Shown here piece after piece: positions 19,156 to 28,879 of a stretch of 64,000 bases of DNA. The position numbers and the translations under genes were made by a program. The notes below the pieces were generated by a model. The model saw nothing but the letters and a program-made list of their open reading frames with translations. It ran no database searches and was not told the DNA's origin. The stretch comes from Prevotella sp. Lineage in GTDB: Bacteria > Bacteroidota > Bacteroidia > Bacteroidales > Bacteroidaceae. The first letter of the stretch is position 1. Every line of letters begins with the position of its first letter. Where the stretch lies: the NCBI GenBank assembly GCA_017934525.1, contig JAGBJJ010000031.1:14184-78183 (forward strand), read 5' to 3'.

Positions 19156-19674
19156 CTACCAGCCAAAGGCAGTGGCATTCATCTGCCAGAGTCCTTGTGC
19201 CCTGAGCGTCTGCTCTATGACGTCGCGTGCGCAGCCGCAGCCACCATTGCGATGGCTCACATAGATGCTTGCCTCGCGCACTTCCGGGCAGGCGTCTTTC
19301 GGGCAAACAGGGCACCCTACGCGCCGCATCACCTCCAAGTCGGGTATGTCGTCGCCCATATACATGATGTTTTCGTCGGCCAGTCCGTATTTCTGCAGAA
19401 AGGATTCATAGGTCTTTATCTTCACCGAACAGCCCATATAGATATCTTCCATCCCCAGCCCCTCGTAGCGATGCTTGATGGCATCGACCGTGGCCCCCGT
19501 CATGACGACGATGCGCAGCCCCAGCTTCATGGCCAGCTGTATGGCATAGCCGTCTTTGATGTTCACCGTGCGCAGGGGCACGCCTTCGGCAGGCAGTGTG
19601 ATGGTTTCGCAAGAGAGCACACCATCGACATCGAAGATGATGGCTTTTATTTTCTTCAGATCGTAGTTTATCAT
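19156..19674 (-). CDS. kdsC: 3-deoxy-D-manno-octulosonate 8-phosphate phosphatase (HAD)
   Basis: FDVDGVL, KDGYA, GDDIPD and GGCGCARD. Confidence 0.85.
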   Translation of the reverse strand: MINYDLKKIKAIIFDVDGVLSCETITLPAEGVPLRTVNIKDGYAIQLAMKLGLRIVVMTGATVDAIKHRYEGLGMEDIYMGCSVKIKTYESFLQKYGLADENIMYMGDDIPDLEVMRRVGCPVCPKDACPEVREASIYVSHRNGGCGCARDVIEQTLRAQGLWQMNATAFGW

Positions 19675-20444
19675 TGTCTTTGGTATAATTGGTGTATACT
19701 TCTGCTCAGTTCCGAATAGACGGCCTGCAGCTGTGGGTCGTCGGCCAGCAGCTGTTCGTGGGCGCGAATGACATTCTCATCGTAACGTACAGCCGGCCCC
19801 GTCTGTGCGTCGCGCGGACTCATGTGGTGCACCTTTGCCGTCGTCTCGTCGATGAGAGGCAGCAGCACATCGAATGTCAGTCCGCACTTGCCGAGCACTT
19901 CGGCCGCCAGGGCATAGCAGTGGTTTGAAAAATTGCAGGCAAACACTGCAGCCAGATGCAGACGGCGGCGGTCGGCAGAAGCCAGCACCTGCACCCGGCT
20001 GCTCAGCGATGTGGCTATGCTGCGCGCCGCCTCTTGCGCAACAGCGTCGCTGCCCTCAATAAAAAAAGGTACGCGCGAAAAATCAACCTGCCTCTCCTTT
20101 GAGAAAGTCTGCAGCGGATATATCACTCCGTGATGCCCCACTGTGCCGACAGCCGCCATGGGCACTGCTCCCGACGTGTGGAGAAACACCTGGTCCTGCC
20201 GCCCCACGGCCAGCCGGCCGGCCACCGACGCCAGCGCATCGTCTTTCACTGAGATGATGAAAGCATCGGCCTCATGCGGCAAAGAGCCAATATCGTCGGT
20301 AGCCTCGCTACCTACAAGGCGGGCAAGCCCTTCAGCCGACGCCATGGTACGACTATAAACGGCCGCTATCTGATGGCCGGCCTGGCTCAAAGCAAGCGCG
20401 AAATTAGTGGCAAGCCTGCCTGCCCCTGCAAACACAATCTTCAT
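19671..20444 (-). CDS. Rossmann-like / DUF2520 oxidoreductase
   Basis: GAGRLA, HTSG, YPLQTFS, LHLAAVFACNF and QTGPAVR. Confidence 0.85.
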   Translation of the reverse strand: MKIVFAGAGRLATNFALALSQAGHQIAAVYSRTMASAEGLARLVGSEATDDIGSLPHEADAFIISVKDDALASVAGRLAVGRQDQVFLHTSGAVPMAAVGTVGHHGVIYPLQTFSKERQVDFSRVPFFIEGSDAVAQEAARSIATSLSSRVQVLASADRRRLHLAAVFACNFSNHCYALAAEVLGKCGLTFDVLLPLIDETTAKVHHMSPRDAQTGPAVRYDENVIRAHEQLLADDPQLQAVYSELSRSIHQLYQRQ

Positions 20445-20971
20445 CAGAACTTATTGAGATGAACGTTTTCCCACTTCAGCGTCTCTTCATCGTGCGGCTC
20501 ACGACTCTCGGCCTTATGGCCGAAAGCGACCACGCAGAGCACGGAGTAGCTCTCTGGGATGTCGAGCACGCCGCGTATGACAGTGTCGGCCGAAGTGGCA
20601 TCGGCAAGCCCCCGCCCGCGCATCTGCACCCAGCATGAGCCCAGCCCCAGCTCTTCAGCCTGATATTGCATTGACAAAGCTGCCAGCGCACCGTCTTCAA
20701 TCCAGCAGTCGTTGTGCAGGGGGTCGCCCAGTACAACGATGGCCATCGCGGCTCCCTTGATGAGCTGAGCACCATGCTCCTTGGCATCCGACAGCTTCTC
20801 TAAATCAAGTTTATCGTCGACCACCACAAACTGCCACTCCCTCCTGTTGCGCGACGTAGGCGACATGAGGGCGGCTCTCAGGATGAGCCCCACCTGTTCG
20901 GCATCAATCTCCTCGCCCGTGAACTGTCGGCAGGAACGCCGGCGCTGCACTAAAGTCTTAAAATCAGCCAT
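20444..20971 (-). CDS. Nitroreductase family protein
   Basis: RRSCRQF, SPTSRN..W and LGLGSCW. Confidence 0.88.
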   Translation of the reverse strand: MADFKTLVQRRRSCRQFTGEEIDAEQVGLILRAALMSPTSRNRREWQFVVVDDKLDLEKLSDAKEHGAQLIKGAAMAIVVLGDPLHNDCWIEDGALAALSMQYQAEELGLGSCWVQMRGRGLADATSADTVIRGVLDIPESYSVLCVVAFGHKAESREPHDEETLKWENVHLNKF

Positions 20972-21119
20972 ATGTCTTGTCGTATTTTATAACACTTAAT
21001 TAGGTGCAAAGATACGAAATAATACTTAATAAATCGTGCTTCGTGCACTTTTTTTTAGACTTCGTCATTATTTTTCATCCTTTTTTATTATCTTTGCCGA
21101 TAATTAGTCGACAAGCAGC

Positions 21120-22091
21120 ATGAAGACGCAGATATACACCAGCGGCAACACCCTGCCCGACCGGCTGGCCGAAACCAACTTCTTCCACGGACGCCAGCTG
21201 TTCTATCTTGCGCAGGCCACACCCAGACTGAAGCCCTACCTCGTCACCCTGGAGACCGACGGCGGCGAAGTGGCGGCCCAGATGCTGGCGCTGGTGCGCT
21301 ATCGCTCGTCGCTCTTTCCTCCCTATCTCTATCGCCACTGCCTCATTCTGGGCGAAGGTGTCTATGCCGACGGCGCATCAGACTCAGGCGAGCTCTTCGG
21401 CATCATGCTGCAGGCCATCACCTCGAAGCTGGGACGGTGGACGCTCTACATAGAGGTGAGCCACCTCAGCCAGAAGATGTTCGGCTACCGACAGCTGCGC
21501 GACAGGGGCTTCTTCCCCGTCAGATGGATGAGCATCCACAACTCGCTGCACTCCCGCACGCCCGAGGAGCGCATCAGCAGCCGCATGCTGGAGCGCATCA
21601 ACACAGCCTACGAGCGCGGCGTCGTCACCGCCCAGGTGGGCGGCGAGGAAGACTTCAGGGAATTCATGCGACTGCTGAAGCACCACAACTGGCTCAAGCC
21701 AAAGCGATACATACCCGACGAGCAGTTTTTCAGGGGCCTCATGGAGCAAGGCAACGGCCAGCTCAGCCTGACGCGTTATCACGACCATGTGGTGGGATGC
21801 TCGGCCGTAGTCTACAGCCACCGTCAGGCCTATCTGTGGTATGCCGCCTACAGGCGCAAGTCGTATGCCTTCATTCACCCCGACATACTTACCATCTGGC
21901 ATGCCATCAAGGATGCTCACCGCCAGGGCTGCGAGCATATTTACTTCATGGACGTCGGGCTGCCATACCGCAAAAACACGTTCCGCGACTTTATTCTGCG
22001 CTTCGGCGGCAAGCCCGTGTCTACCTACAGATGGTTCCGCTGTTCCATCAGATGGATTAACTGCGTCTTGTCGTGGCTTTATCGCGACTGA
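21120..22091 (+). CDS. GNAT/FemAB-like acyltransferase
   Basis: C-terminal GNAT-like pattern (W.AIKDA...G..YF.DVG...F..RFGG). Confidence 0.65.
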   Translation: MKTQIYTSGNTLPDRLAETNFFHGRQLFYLAQATPRLKPYLVTLETDGGEVAAQMLALVRYRSSLFPPYLYRHCLILGEGVYADGASDSGELFGIMLQAITSKLGRWTLYIEVSHLSQKMFGYRQLRDRGFFPVRWMSIHNSLHSRTPEERISSRMLERINTAYERGVVTAQVGGEEDFREFMRLLKHHNWLKPKRYIPDEQFFRGLMEQGNGQLSLTRYHDHVVGCSAVVYSHRQAYLWYAAYRRKSYAFIHPDILTIWHAIKDAHRQGCEHIYFMDVGLPYRKNTFRDFILRFGGKPVSTYRWFRCSIRWINCVLSWLYRD

Positions 22092-22295
22092 CGCCGCCCG
22101 CCCCCCCAACAGCACCGACTGACATGTCTATATAGCCTGTTCTGAAGGCATGTCGGCTGCAAATCTTGGCCAAAATTCGCCTCAGATATCACACATGCGT
22201 GTCTGCGCCAGCACAGGTTGGCAGCCGAATACATATATCAATTTAATCAGAAGGCGACATAATAAAAATGCCTTGCCTGCGTTATTAAGTAAGTT

Positions 22296-24659
22296 ATGAA
22301 AACAAACGGCAAACGATATATAGCGCTGCTCGCGCTGCTTCTGGCAACACGACTCAGCCTGCTGGCGCAGACATTCACGCTGAAAGGACTGGTGACCGAC
22401 GATGAAGGCAACCCGCTGGAACTGGCCACCGTGGCATGCGTGGCACAGGGCAAGGTGACAATGAGCAACCTGAAAGGCGAATACAGAATGACCCTCAACA
22501 CGGCCGACTCGGTGGTGGTGCGCTTCTCGATGGTGGGCTACAGGACACGCACGCGCACACTGTATAAACCACAGGGCACACAGACGCTGCGCATATTGCT
22601 GCGGGCCGACCAGCAGCTGGGCGAGGTGGTGGTCACCGAGAAACGACGCCAGACCGACCAGATGGAACAGCTTGACCTGAAGGAACTGAAGACCGTGCCC
22701 TCGGCCACGGGCAACGCCGTGGAAGAGCTCATACAGCAGCAGGCCGGCGTGTCGACCCACAACGAGCTGTCGAGCCAGTATAACGTGCGCGGCGGATCGT
22801 TTGACGAGAACTCCGTCTACATCAACAACGTTGAGATATACCGCCCGCTGCTCGTCAGAAGCGGACAGCAGGAAGGTCTCTCTATCATCAATTCTGACAT
22901 GGTGGAAAAGGTAGGATTCTCCAGCGGAGGATTCTCTGCCAAATACGGCGACAAGATGTCGTCGGCACTCGACATCACCTACCGGCGCCCCAGCAAGACG
23001 GAAGCGTCGGCCATGGCTTCGCTGCTCGGAGCCAGCGCCTACGCGGGCATCGCAGGCAAGAAGTTTTCCATGAGCCACGGCCTGCGCTACAAAACCAACC
23101 GCTATCTGCTGGGATCGCTGGAGACAACCGGCGAGTATAAGCCGAATTTCCTCGACTATCAGACTTTCATCACCTACGAGCCTAACCGGCGGTGGACCAT
23201 CAACGTGCTCGGCAACATATCGGAAAATCACTATAACTTCAAGCCTAAAGACCGCGAGACTTCATTCGGCACGATGGAAGACGTGAAGTCATTCAGAGTA
23301 TATTTCGACGGACAGGAAAAGGATATCTTCCGCACACTCTTCGGCACGGCCTCAATCACACGCCATATCAGCGACTCGCTGCACATCAAACTGCTGTGGT
23401 CGGGATTCTACACGAAGGAACAAGAGTGCTACGACATTCAAGGACAATACTGGCTCAGCGACACCGAGAGCGCGCAGCAGCTGGGAGTAGGCACTTATGC
23501 CGAGCACGCACGCAACTACCTGACGGCCAAGGTGCAAAGCATGAAGCTGATAATTGACAAGAAGCTGAAGCGCCACGACATTGAAGGAGGCCTCACCGTG
23601 AAATGGGAGCGCATAGAAGAGCAGAGCCGCGAATACGAAATGCGCGACTCCAGCGGCTATTCGGTGCCTCACACCAGCAACCGCCTGGATCTTATCTACA
23701 CACTCTCATCGAAAAACAACATGAAGTCTACACGCTGGGAGGGATACCTGCAGGACACCTACAAATGGCAGCGAGGCGAGACGTTCTACACCCTCAACTA
23801 CGGTGTACGCTTCGCCAACTGGTCGTTCACCAAAGAGACCATCGTATCGCCCCGTGTTTCGCTCGCCATCGTGCCGGGCTACAACACCGACATCACCTAC
23901 CGCCTGGCCACAGGCATCTACTATCAGGCGCCATTCTTCAAGGAACTGCGCGACACGGTCACCACGGCCGGCATCACGAAAGCCACACTCAACAGCAACA
24001 TCAAGAGCCAGCGGTCGCTGCAATTCATTGCGGCCATGGACTATCGCTTCAGGATGAAAGAGAGACCCTATAAGTTTACTGCCGAAGCCTACTTCAAGTC
24101 GCTGTCGAACCTCATACCCTACAACGTGCAAAACGTGAAGGTGACCTACTACGGACAAAACCTCACATCGGGCTATGCCGCCGGCCTGGACCTGAAGCTC
24201 TATGGCGAATTCGTGCCTGGCACCGACTCATGGGTGTCACTATCGCTCATGAGCACGCAGCAAAAGTTCAACGGCCAATGGGTGCCCATGCCCACCGACC
24301 AGCGCTTTGCACTCAATCTGCACTTCACCGACTACTTCCCCGGCACCGAACGCTGGAAGATGACGCTACGGCTGGCTTATGCCAACGGTCTGCCCTTTGG
24401 CGCCCCCCACCGCGGACTGGAGGCGCAAAACTTCCGTGCTCCTGCCTACAAGCGAGCCGATATCGGCATGAGCTATCTGGCTCTCCACAAGCAGAAAGGC
24501 ATCAAAAACCTGTGGCTTGGCCTCGACTGTCTGAACCTCTTCGGCATATCCAATGTCAACAGCTATTACTGGGTGACCGATGTGACCAACCGCCAATGGG
24601 CCGTGCCTAACTATCTCACGGGCCGACAAATCAACGGAAGGGTCATTGTGGAGTTCTGA
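22296..24659 (+). CDS. TonB-dependent receptor-like outer membrane protein
   Basis: Signal peptide, carboxypeptidase-regulatory-like domain, plug (YNVRGGSFDEN, GGFSAKYGDKMSS) and terminal Phe. Confidence 0.85.
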   Translation: MKTNGKRYIALLALLLATRLSLLAQTFTLKGLVTDDEGNPLELATVACVAQGKVTMSNLKGEYRMTLNTADSVVVRFSMVGYRTRTRTLYKPQGTQTLRILLRADQQLGEVVVTEKRRQTDQMEQLDLKELKTVPSATGNAVEELIQQQAGVSTHNELSSQYNVRGGSFDENSVYINNVEIYRPLLVRSGQQEGLSIINSDMVEKVGFSSGGFSAKYGDKMSSALDITYRRPSKTEASAMASLLGASAYAGIAGKKFSMSHGLRYKTNRYLLGSLETTGEYKPNFLDYQTFITYEPNRRWTINVLGNISENHYNFKPKDRETSFGTMEDVKSFRVYFDGQEKDIFRTLFGTASITRHISDSLHIKLLWSGFYTKEQECYDIQGQYWLSDTESAQQLGVGTYAEHARNYLTAKVQSMKLIIDKKLKRHDIEGGLTVKWERIEEQSREYEMRDSSGYSVPHTSNRLDLIYTLSSKNNMKSTRWEGYLQDTYKWQRGETFYTLNYGVRFANWSFTKETIVSPRVSLAIVPGYNTDITYRLATGIYYQAPFFKELRDTVTTAGITKATLNSNIKSQRSLQFIAAMDYRFRMKERPYKFTAEAYFKSLSNLIPYNVQNVKVTYYGQNLTSGYAAGLDLKLYGEFVPGTDSWVSLSLMSTQQKFNGQWVPMPTDQRFALNLHFTDYFPGTERWKMTLRLAYANGLPFGAPHRGLEAQNFRAPAYKRADIGMSYLALHKQKGIKNLWLGLDCLNLFGISNVNSYYWVTDVTNRQWAVPNYLTGRQINGRVIVEF

Positions 24660-24980
24660 AGTTTTGAAGAACAGACAGCCTTCCACCGGTCATAATCTGC
24701 TGCATAGCAAATAAATACGCCGCATTCCCAAAGCCTTTATAAACCATGGCCGAAGGGACTGAGGCCTTTTTGCCAATGGGCAAAACCGCCATGTAACGGC
24801 CGACGCCAGCAAAATATTATGAACTTTATCAACAAAACGCCGTGTCAGCGAAGCCTGCGCCCAATCGCCACAAAAGACGTCATACACACTTCATTCCTGC
24901 TGTAGAAACACTTTTTCCACAGGTCTTACGCTTTTTCTGTACAATTTTAATTCTGTTTCACAAACAAAAGTGTCGAAACA

Positions 24981-25012
24981 TTTGGCCAAAACGGAAAAAC
25001 TTCGTACCTTTG
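24981..25012 (+). promoter_or_regulatory. Primary-sigma promoter of the mce operon (-33 TTTG, -7 TACCTTTG)
   Basis: TTTG 24981-24984, 20-nt spacer, TACCTTTG 25005-25012. Confidence 0.7.
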
Positions 25013-25044
25013 CGCAGTAATTTATGTTTTAAACTTTAAACAAT

Positions 25045-25449
25045 ATGAAAATTTCGCACATTGAGCATCTGGGCATTGCCGTCCAGAGCATCGAAGAATC
25101 ACTCCCTTACTTTGAAAATGTACTGGGACTGAAGTGTTACAACATTGAAGAAGTTGCAGACCAAAAAGTAAAGACCGCTTTTCTGAAGTGCGGCGAGGTG
25201 AAGCTCGAGCTTCTTGAGCCCACATCACCTGAGAGCACCATCCAGAAGTGGCTCGACAAAGGCAACAAGGGCGTTCACCATGTGGCTTTCTGCATTGAGG
25301 ACGGCGTGGCCAACGCATTGGCAGAAGTCAGCGAGAAGGGCGTGCGTCTTATCGACCAGGCTCCCCGCAAAGGCGCAGAGAATCTGAACATCGCTTTCCT
25401 GCACCCGAAATCGACCTGCGGCATCCTGACCGAACTTTGCGAGCACTAA
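25045..25449 (+). CDS. mce: Methylmalonyl-CoA epimerase
   Basis: VOC fold: IEHLGIAV, ELLEP, GVHHVAF and FLHPKSTCGILTELC. Confidence 0.93.
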   Translation: MKISHIEHLGIAVQSIEESLPYFENVLGLKCYNIEEVADQKVKTAFLKCGEVKLELLEPTSPESTIQKWLDKGNKGVHHVAFCIEDGVANALAEVSEKGVRLIDQAPRKGAENLNIAFLHPKSTCGILTELCEH

Positions 25450-25543
25450 TTGGCTCCAAAGCAACTTTGGACCATGTGCGCACAACATAGAATCAAGGCC
25501 TACAGAAACCTGTATTAAATGATAATCATAGACATAAAATAAT

Positions 25544-27109
25544 ATGACCAAGCAATTAGAGAAAATCAAGCAGCTCATCGAGAAGCGCGAACAGGCCCGT
25601 CTCGGTGGTGGTGAAAAAGCAATACAGAAACAGCACGAGCGCGGCAAATACACTGCTCGCGAGCGTATCGAGATGCTTCTCGACGAAGGTTCTTTCGAGG
25701 AGTATGACATGTTCAAGGAACACCGTTGCCACAACTTCGGCATGGAGAAGAAGCAGTTCCCTGGCGACGGCGTGGTGGCCGGTTCGGGTACCATCGACGG
25801 CCGTCTGGTATTCATCTTCGCTCAGGACTTCACCGTCCATGCCGGCTCGCTGTCAGAGACCATGAGCCAGAAGATCTGCAAGGTGATGGACATGGCCATG
25901 AAGATGGGCGCTCCCGTCATCGGCATCAACGACTCGGGTGGCGCACGTATCCAGGAAGGCATCAACGCACTGGCCGGCTACGCTGAAATCTTCGAGCGCA
26001 ACATTCTGGCTTCGGGTGTCATCCCTCAGATCAGCGGTATCTTCGGCCCCTGCGCCGGTGGTGCTGTCTACTCTCCCGCCCTCACCGACTTCACGCTCAT
26101 GATGGAGAACACTTCATACATGTTCCTCACCGGACCGAAGGTGGTGAAGACCGTCACGGGCGAAGATATCGACCAGGAGCATCTTGGCGGCGCATCGGTT
26201 CACGCCACGAAGAGCGGCGTAACCCATTTCACTGCAAAGACCGAGGAGGAAGGTCTCCAGATGCTTAAGACGCTGCTGAGCTACATTCCCTCTAACAACA
26301 TGGAAGTGGCTCCCCGCAAGAAGTGCGACGACCCCATCAACCGCATGGAAGACAGCCTGAACGCTATCATCCCCGAGAATCCCAACGAGGCTTACGACAT
26401 GTACAAGGTGATTGGTGCCGTGGTTGACGATGGCGAATTCTTTGAAGTTCAGCCCAAGTTTGCCAAAAACATCATCGTCGGTTTCGCACGCTTCAACGGT
26501 CAGAGTGTAGGTATCGTTGCAAACCAGCCTATGTGCTACGCCGGTGTGCTCGATGTGAATGCATCGCGCAAAGGCTCGCGCTTCGTTCGGTTCTGCGACG
26601 CTTTCAACATTCCTATCGTCTCTCTTGTCGACGTTCCCGGATTCCTGCCCGGCACCGGCCAGGAGTACAACGCCGTTATCCTGCACGGCGCACAGCTGCT
26701 TTACGCTTACGGTGAAGCTACCGTGCCCAAGATCACGGTCACGCTGCGCAAGTCGTACGGCGGTTCTCACATCGTGATGGGCTGCAAGCAGCTCCGCACC
26801 GACCTGAACTATGCATGGCCCTCCGCCGAGATTGCCGTGATGGGTGCTTCAGGTGCTGCCGCAGTGCTCTATGCCAAGGAAGCCAAGGCCAAGAAGGAAG
26901 CCGGCGAAGACGTGAAGGCCTTCATTGCAGAGAAGGAGGACGAGTACAACGAGCTCTTTGCCAACCCCTATCAGGCAGCCAAGTATGGCTACATCGACGA
27001 TGTCATCGAACCTCGCAACACTCGCTTCCGCATCTGCCGCGGTCTGGCTCAGCTTGCTACCAAGCGCGATGCACTGCCCGCTAAGAAGCATGGCAACATT
27101 CCGATGTAA
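25544..27109 (+). CDS. mmdA: Methylmalonyl-CoA carboxyltransferase subunit (decarboxylase alpha / PCC beta / 12S-like)
   Basis: [30 protein letters not shown] and KKHGNIPM. Confidence 0.88.
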   Translation: MTKQLEKIKQLIEKREQARLGGGEKAIQKQHERGKYTARERIEMLLDEGSFEEYDMFKEHRCHNFGMEKKQFPGDGVVAGSGTIDGRLVFIFAQDFTVHAGSLSETMSQKICKVMDMAMKMGAPVIGINDSGGARIQEGINALAGYAEIFERNILASGVIPQISGIFGPCAGGAVYSPALTDFTLMMENTSYMFLTGPKVVKTVTGEDIDQEHLGGASVHATKSGVTHFTAKTEEEGLQMLKTLLSYIPSNNMEVAPRKKCDDPINRMEDSLNAIIPENPNEAYDMYKVIGAVVDDGEFFEVQPKFAKNIIVGFARFNGQSVGIVANQPMCYAGVLDVNASRKGSRFVRFCDAFNIPIVSLVDVPGFLPGTGQEYNAVILHGAQLLYAYGEATVPKITVTLRKSYGGSHIVMGCKQLRTDLNYAWPSAEIAVMGASGAAAVLYAKEAKAKKEAGEDVKAFIAEKEDEYNELFANPYQAAKYGYIDDVIEPRNTRFRICRGLAQLATKRDALPAKKHGNIPM

Positions 27110-27129
27110 CAATTAAAAAACAGAGACCT

Positions 27130-27279
27130 ATGAAGAACGAAGTATATGCTGCCATCGCTCTGGCGCTGCACGAGCATCTCGGCAATAACGTTCACGATGT
27201 GGAGCCTGGCTTCATTACCATCGTGGAACATCCCACTCAGTGGAATGGTTACGCCCTCACCATGACAGCTCATCCTTAA
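27130..27279 (+). CDS. 49-aa small protein resembling the soluble C-terminal part of OadG/MmdD (delta) subunits; not in the ORF track
   Basis: MKNEVYAAIALALHEHLGNNVHDVEPGFITIVEHPTQWNGYALTMTAHP*; fills the gap between mmdA and the biotin carrier. Confidence 0.75.
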   Translation: MKNEVYAAIALALHEHLGNNVHDVEPGFITIVEHPTQWNGYALTMTAHP

Positions 27280-27291
27280 ATCAAAACAGAA

Positions 27292-27723
27292 ATGAAAGAA
27301 TACAAATATACAATCAACGGAACGAAGTACGAGGTTGCCGTTGGCGACATCGAGGAGAACATCGTGACCGTCACCGTAAATGGTGAAGAGTATAAAGTAG
27401 AAATGGAAAAGGAGCCGGAGCCCGAGAAGAAGAAGCCCGTGCTGGGTAAGGCTGCTGCTCCTGCCACAGCCGACGATGCTCCTGCAGCCAACAAGGATGC
27501 AGTGAACAAGAACAACGCCGTGAAGGCTCCTCTGCCTGGTGTCATCACCGACATCAAGGTGGCTGTAGGCGACGAAGTTCAGGCCGGCGACACAGTCATC
27601 GTGCTCGAAGCCATGAAGATGGCCAATGCCCTGCAGGCAGAAAAGGCCGGCAAGGTGACTGCCATCTGCGTGAAAATCGGTGAGAGTGTCATGGAAGACG
27701 ACGCCCTTGTGGTTATCGAATAA
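27292..27723 (+). CDS. Biotin carboxyl carrier protein (MmdC/1.3S-like)
   Basis: EAMKM biotinylation motif, A/P-rich linker and APLPG. Confidence 0.92.
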   Translation: MKEYKYTINGTKYEVAVGDIEENIVTVTVNGEEYKVEMEKEPEPEKKKPVLGKAAAPATADDAPAANKDAVNKNNAVKAPLPGVITDIKVAVGDEVQAGDTVIVLEAMKMANALQAEKAGKVTAICVKIGESVMEDDALVVIE

Positions 27724-27741
27724 TCAGTTTTCTTACGCTAC

Positions 27742-27785
27742 AAAAGAATCGCCACCGCCCTTTTGGGACGGTGGCGATTCTTTTT
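27742..27785 (+). terminator. Intrinsic (bidirectional) terminator ending the mce operon
   Basis: AAAAGAATCGCCACCG/CGGTGGCGATTCTTTT plus T tract. Confidence 0.85.
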
Positions 27786-27812
27786 GTAATATTCAAAACC
27801 CTGAACGGCTGA

Positions 27813-28877
27813 CTATTGCTTATAGTAGTTATAGTAGACATTGTCAGCCACGCTGTCAGCAGCTATATTGCTGCCATGGTGCCTCAACAACCTGCGCAGG
27901 CTGAGCGCCTCGCGATAATGACGTGGCAGCGAGTCCTCCTCCATGCTATAGTATCGGGGCAAGGCCTCGGCAAAGTCGTCGAGCTGGCGATCGATGAGCA
28001 AACCGCACAACACATAGTCGGCCACCATAGGATGTTCGACAGTGTCACGCTCGAGAGCAGACAGGTAAAACTTAGTGGTCATGGCATAGACAGGCCTGGC
28101 GCCAAAAGCCTTCCAGATGCTGTCAGCCGGCAACAGGCGCAAACGCGAACGGCTCCCTTTCAACGGCAACATGTCAGCGCTGTTGCCCTTCAAGGGATAG
28201 CAGAACAGCTGTTCGGCAAGTTGTCCCTGCCGTGCCAGTGCATGAATACGCAGCATCGACAAGCATTCATCGGTCTCTTCAGACCGTATACCAACCCGCG
28301 TTGCGCTCTCAGCATCGTTGCGCAGAAGTGCCGTCTCGGCGTGGGCAGTGAAATGAAACACGGCATTTGTATTGCCGACAACGGTAACAACAATCATCAT
28401 TATCACCATCTGGAGCAGATTAATCCACATGCGGCGAGAGAACACACCAGTAGGCGTCTTGTCGTCGTTTTCAAACGGCATCACATGCTTGGCAAGCCAA
28501 ACCACGCCGCCCCACGCTATCAGCACCACAGGAATCACCCATGCCCATGCTCCGAAAGAGAAGTGGTAGTCGATGTCGGACGGCACGTCGGATATCACAG
28601 CCAGAACGAGCATCGACGGCAGATAGGTCAGCGCATGCGTGCGCCGTGACAGTCGCGTGACGGCATAGACACACAACTGCAACAGCATCAGTACCGCCGT
28701 GATGAGCACAGCCCCGATAGTGCGGTCATAATGAGTCTGCCCCTGACTGAGCACATGCTGGGCAACAGCCAGCACATCGGCCTGAAACTCATAAAGCCAC
28801 AGAAACGAGAAGAGGATAAATATCACAGCACAGACCCCACGCACAGAGGCCAACCCGTTTTTCTTACGCAGCATCAT
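27813..28877 (-). CDS. Conserved Bacteroidales membrane protein (possibly DUF6057-like)
   Basis: About 5 N-terminal TM segments; DYVLCGLL and LPRHYREAL; 2 nt after the glgB stop. Confidence 0.65.
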   Translation of the reverse strand: MMLRKKNGLASVRGVCAVIFILFSFLWLYEFQADVLAVAQHVLSQGQTHYDRTIGAVLITAVLMLLQLCVYAVTRLSRRTHALTYLPSMLVLAVISDVPSDIDYHFSFGAWAWVIPVVLIAWGGVVWLAKHVMPFENDDKTPTGVFSRRMWINLLQMVIMMIVVTVVGNTNAVFHFTAHAETALLRNDAESATRVGIRSEETDECLSMLRIHALARQGQLAEQLFCYPLKGNSADMLPLKGSRSRLRLLPADSIWKAFGARPVYAMTTKFYLSALERDTVEHPMVADYVLCGLLIDRQLDDFAEALPRYYSMEEDSLPRHYREALSLRRLLRHHGSNIAADSVADNVYYNYYKQ

Positions 28878-28879
28878 GG

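Noticed and set aside
24824-24962. DnaA-box-like 9-mers (TTATCAACA, TTTTCCACA) suggesting oriC
   Set aside because: Only one or two matches, with no DUE cluster or origin-linked genes; compatible with chance in a promoter region
24980-24991. TTTGGCCAAAA as another copy of the palindrome family
   Set aside because: Lacks the AATT flanks and is explained by the -33 TTTG of the mce promoter
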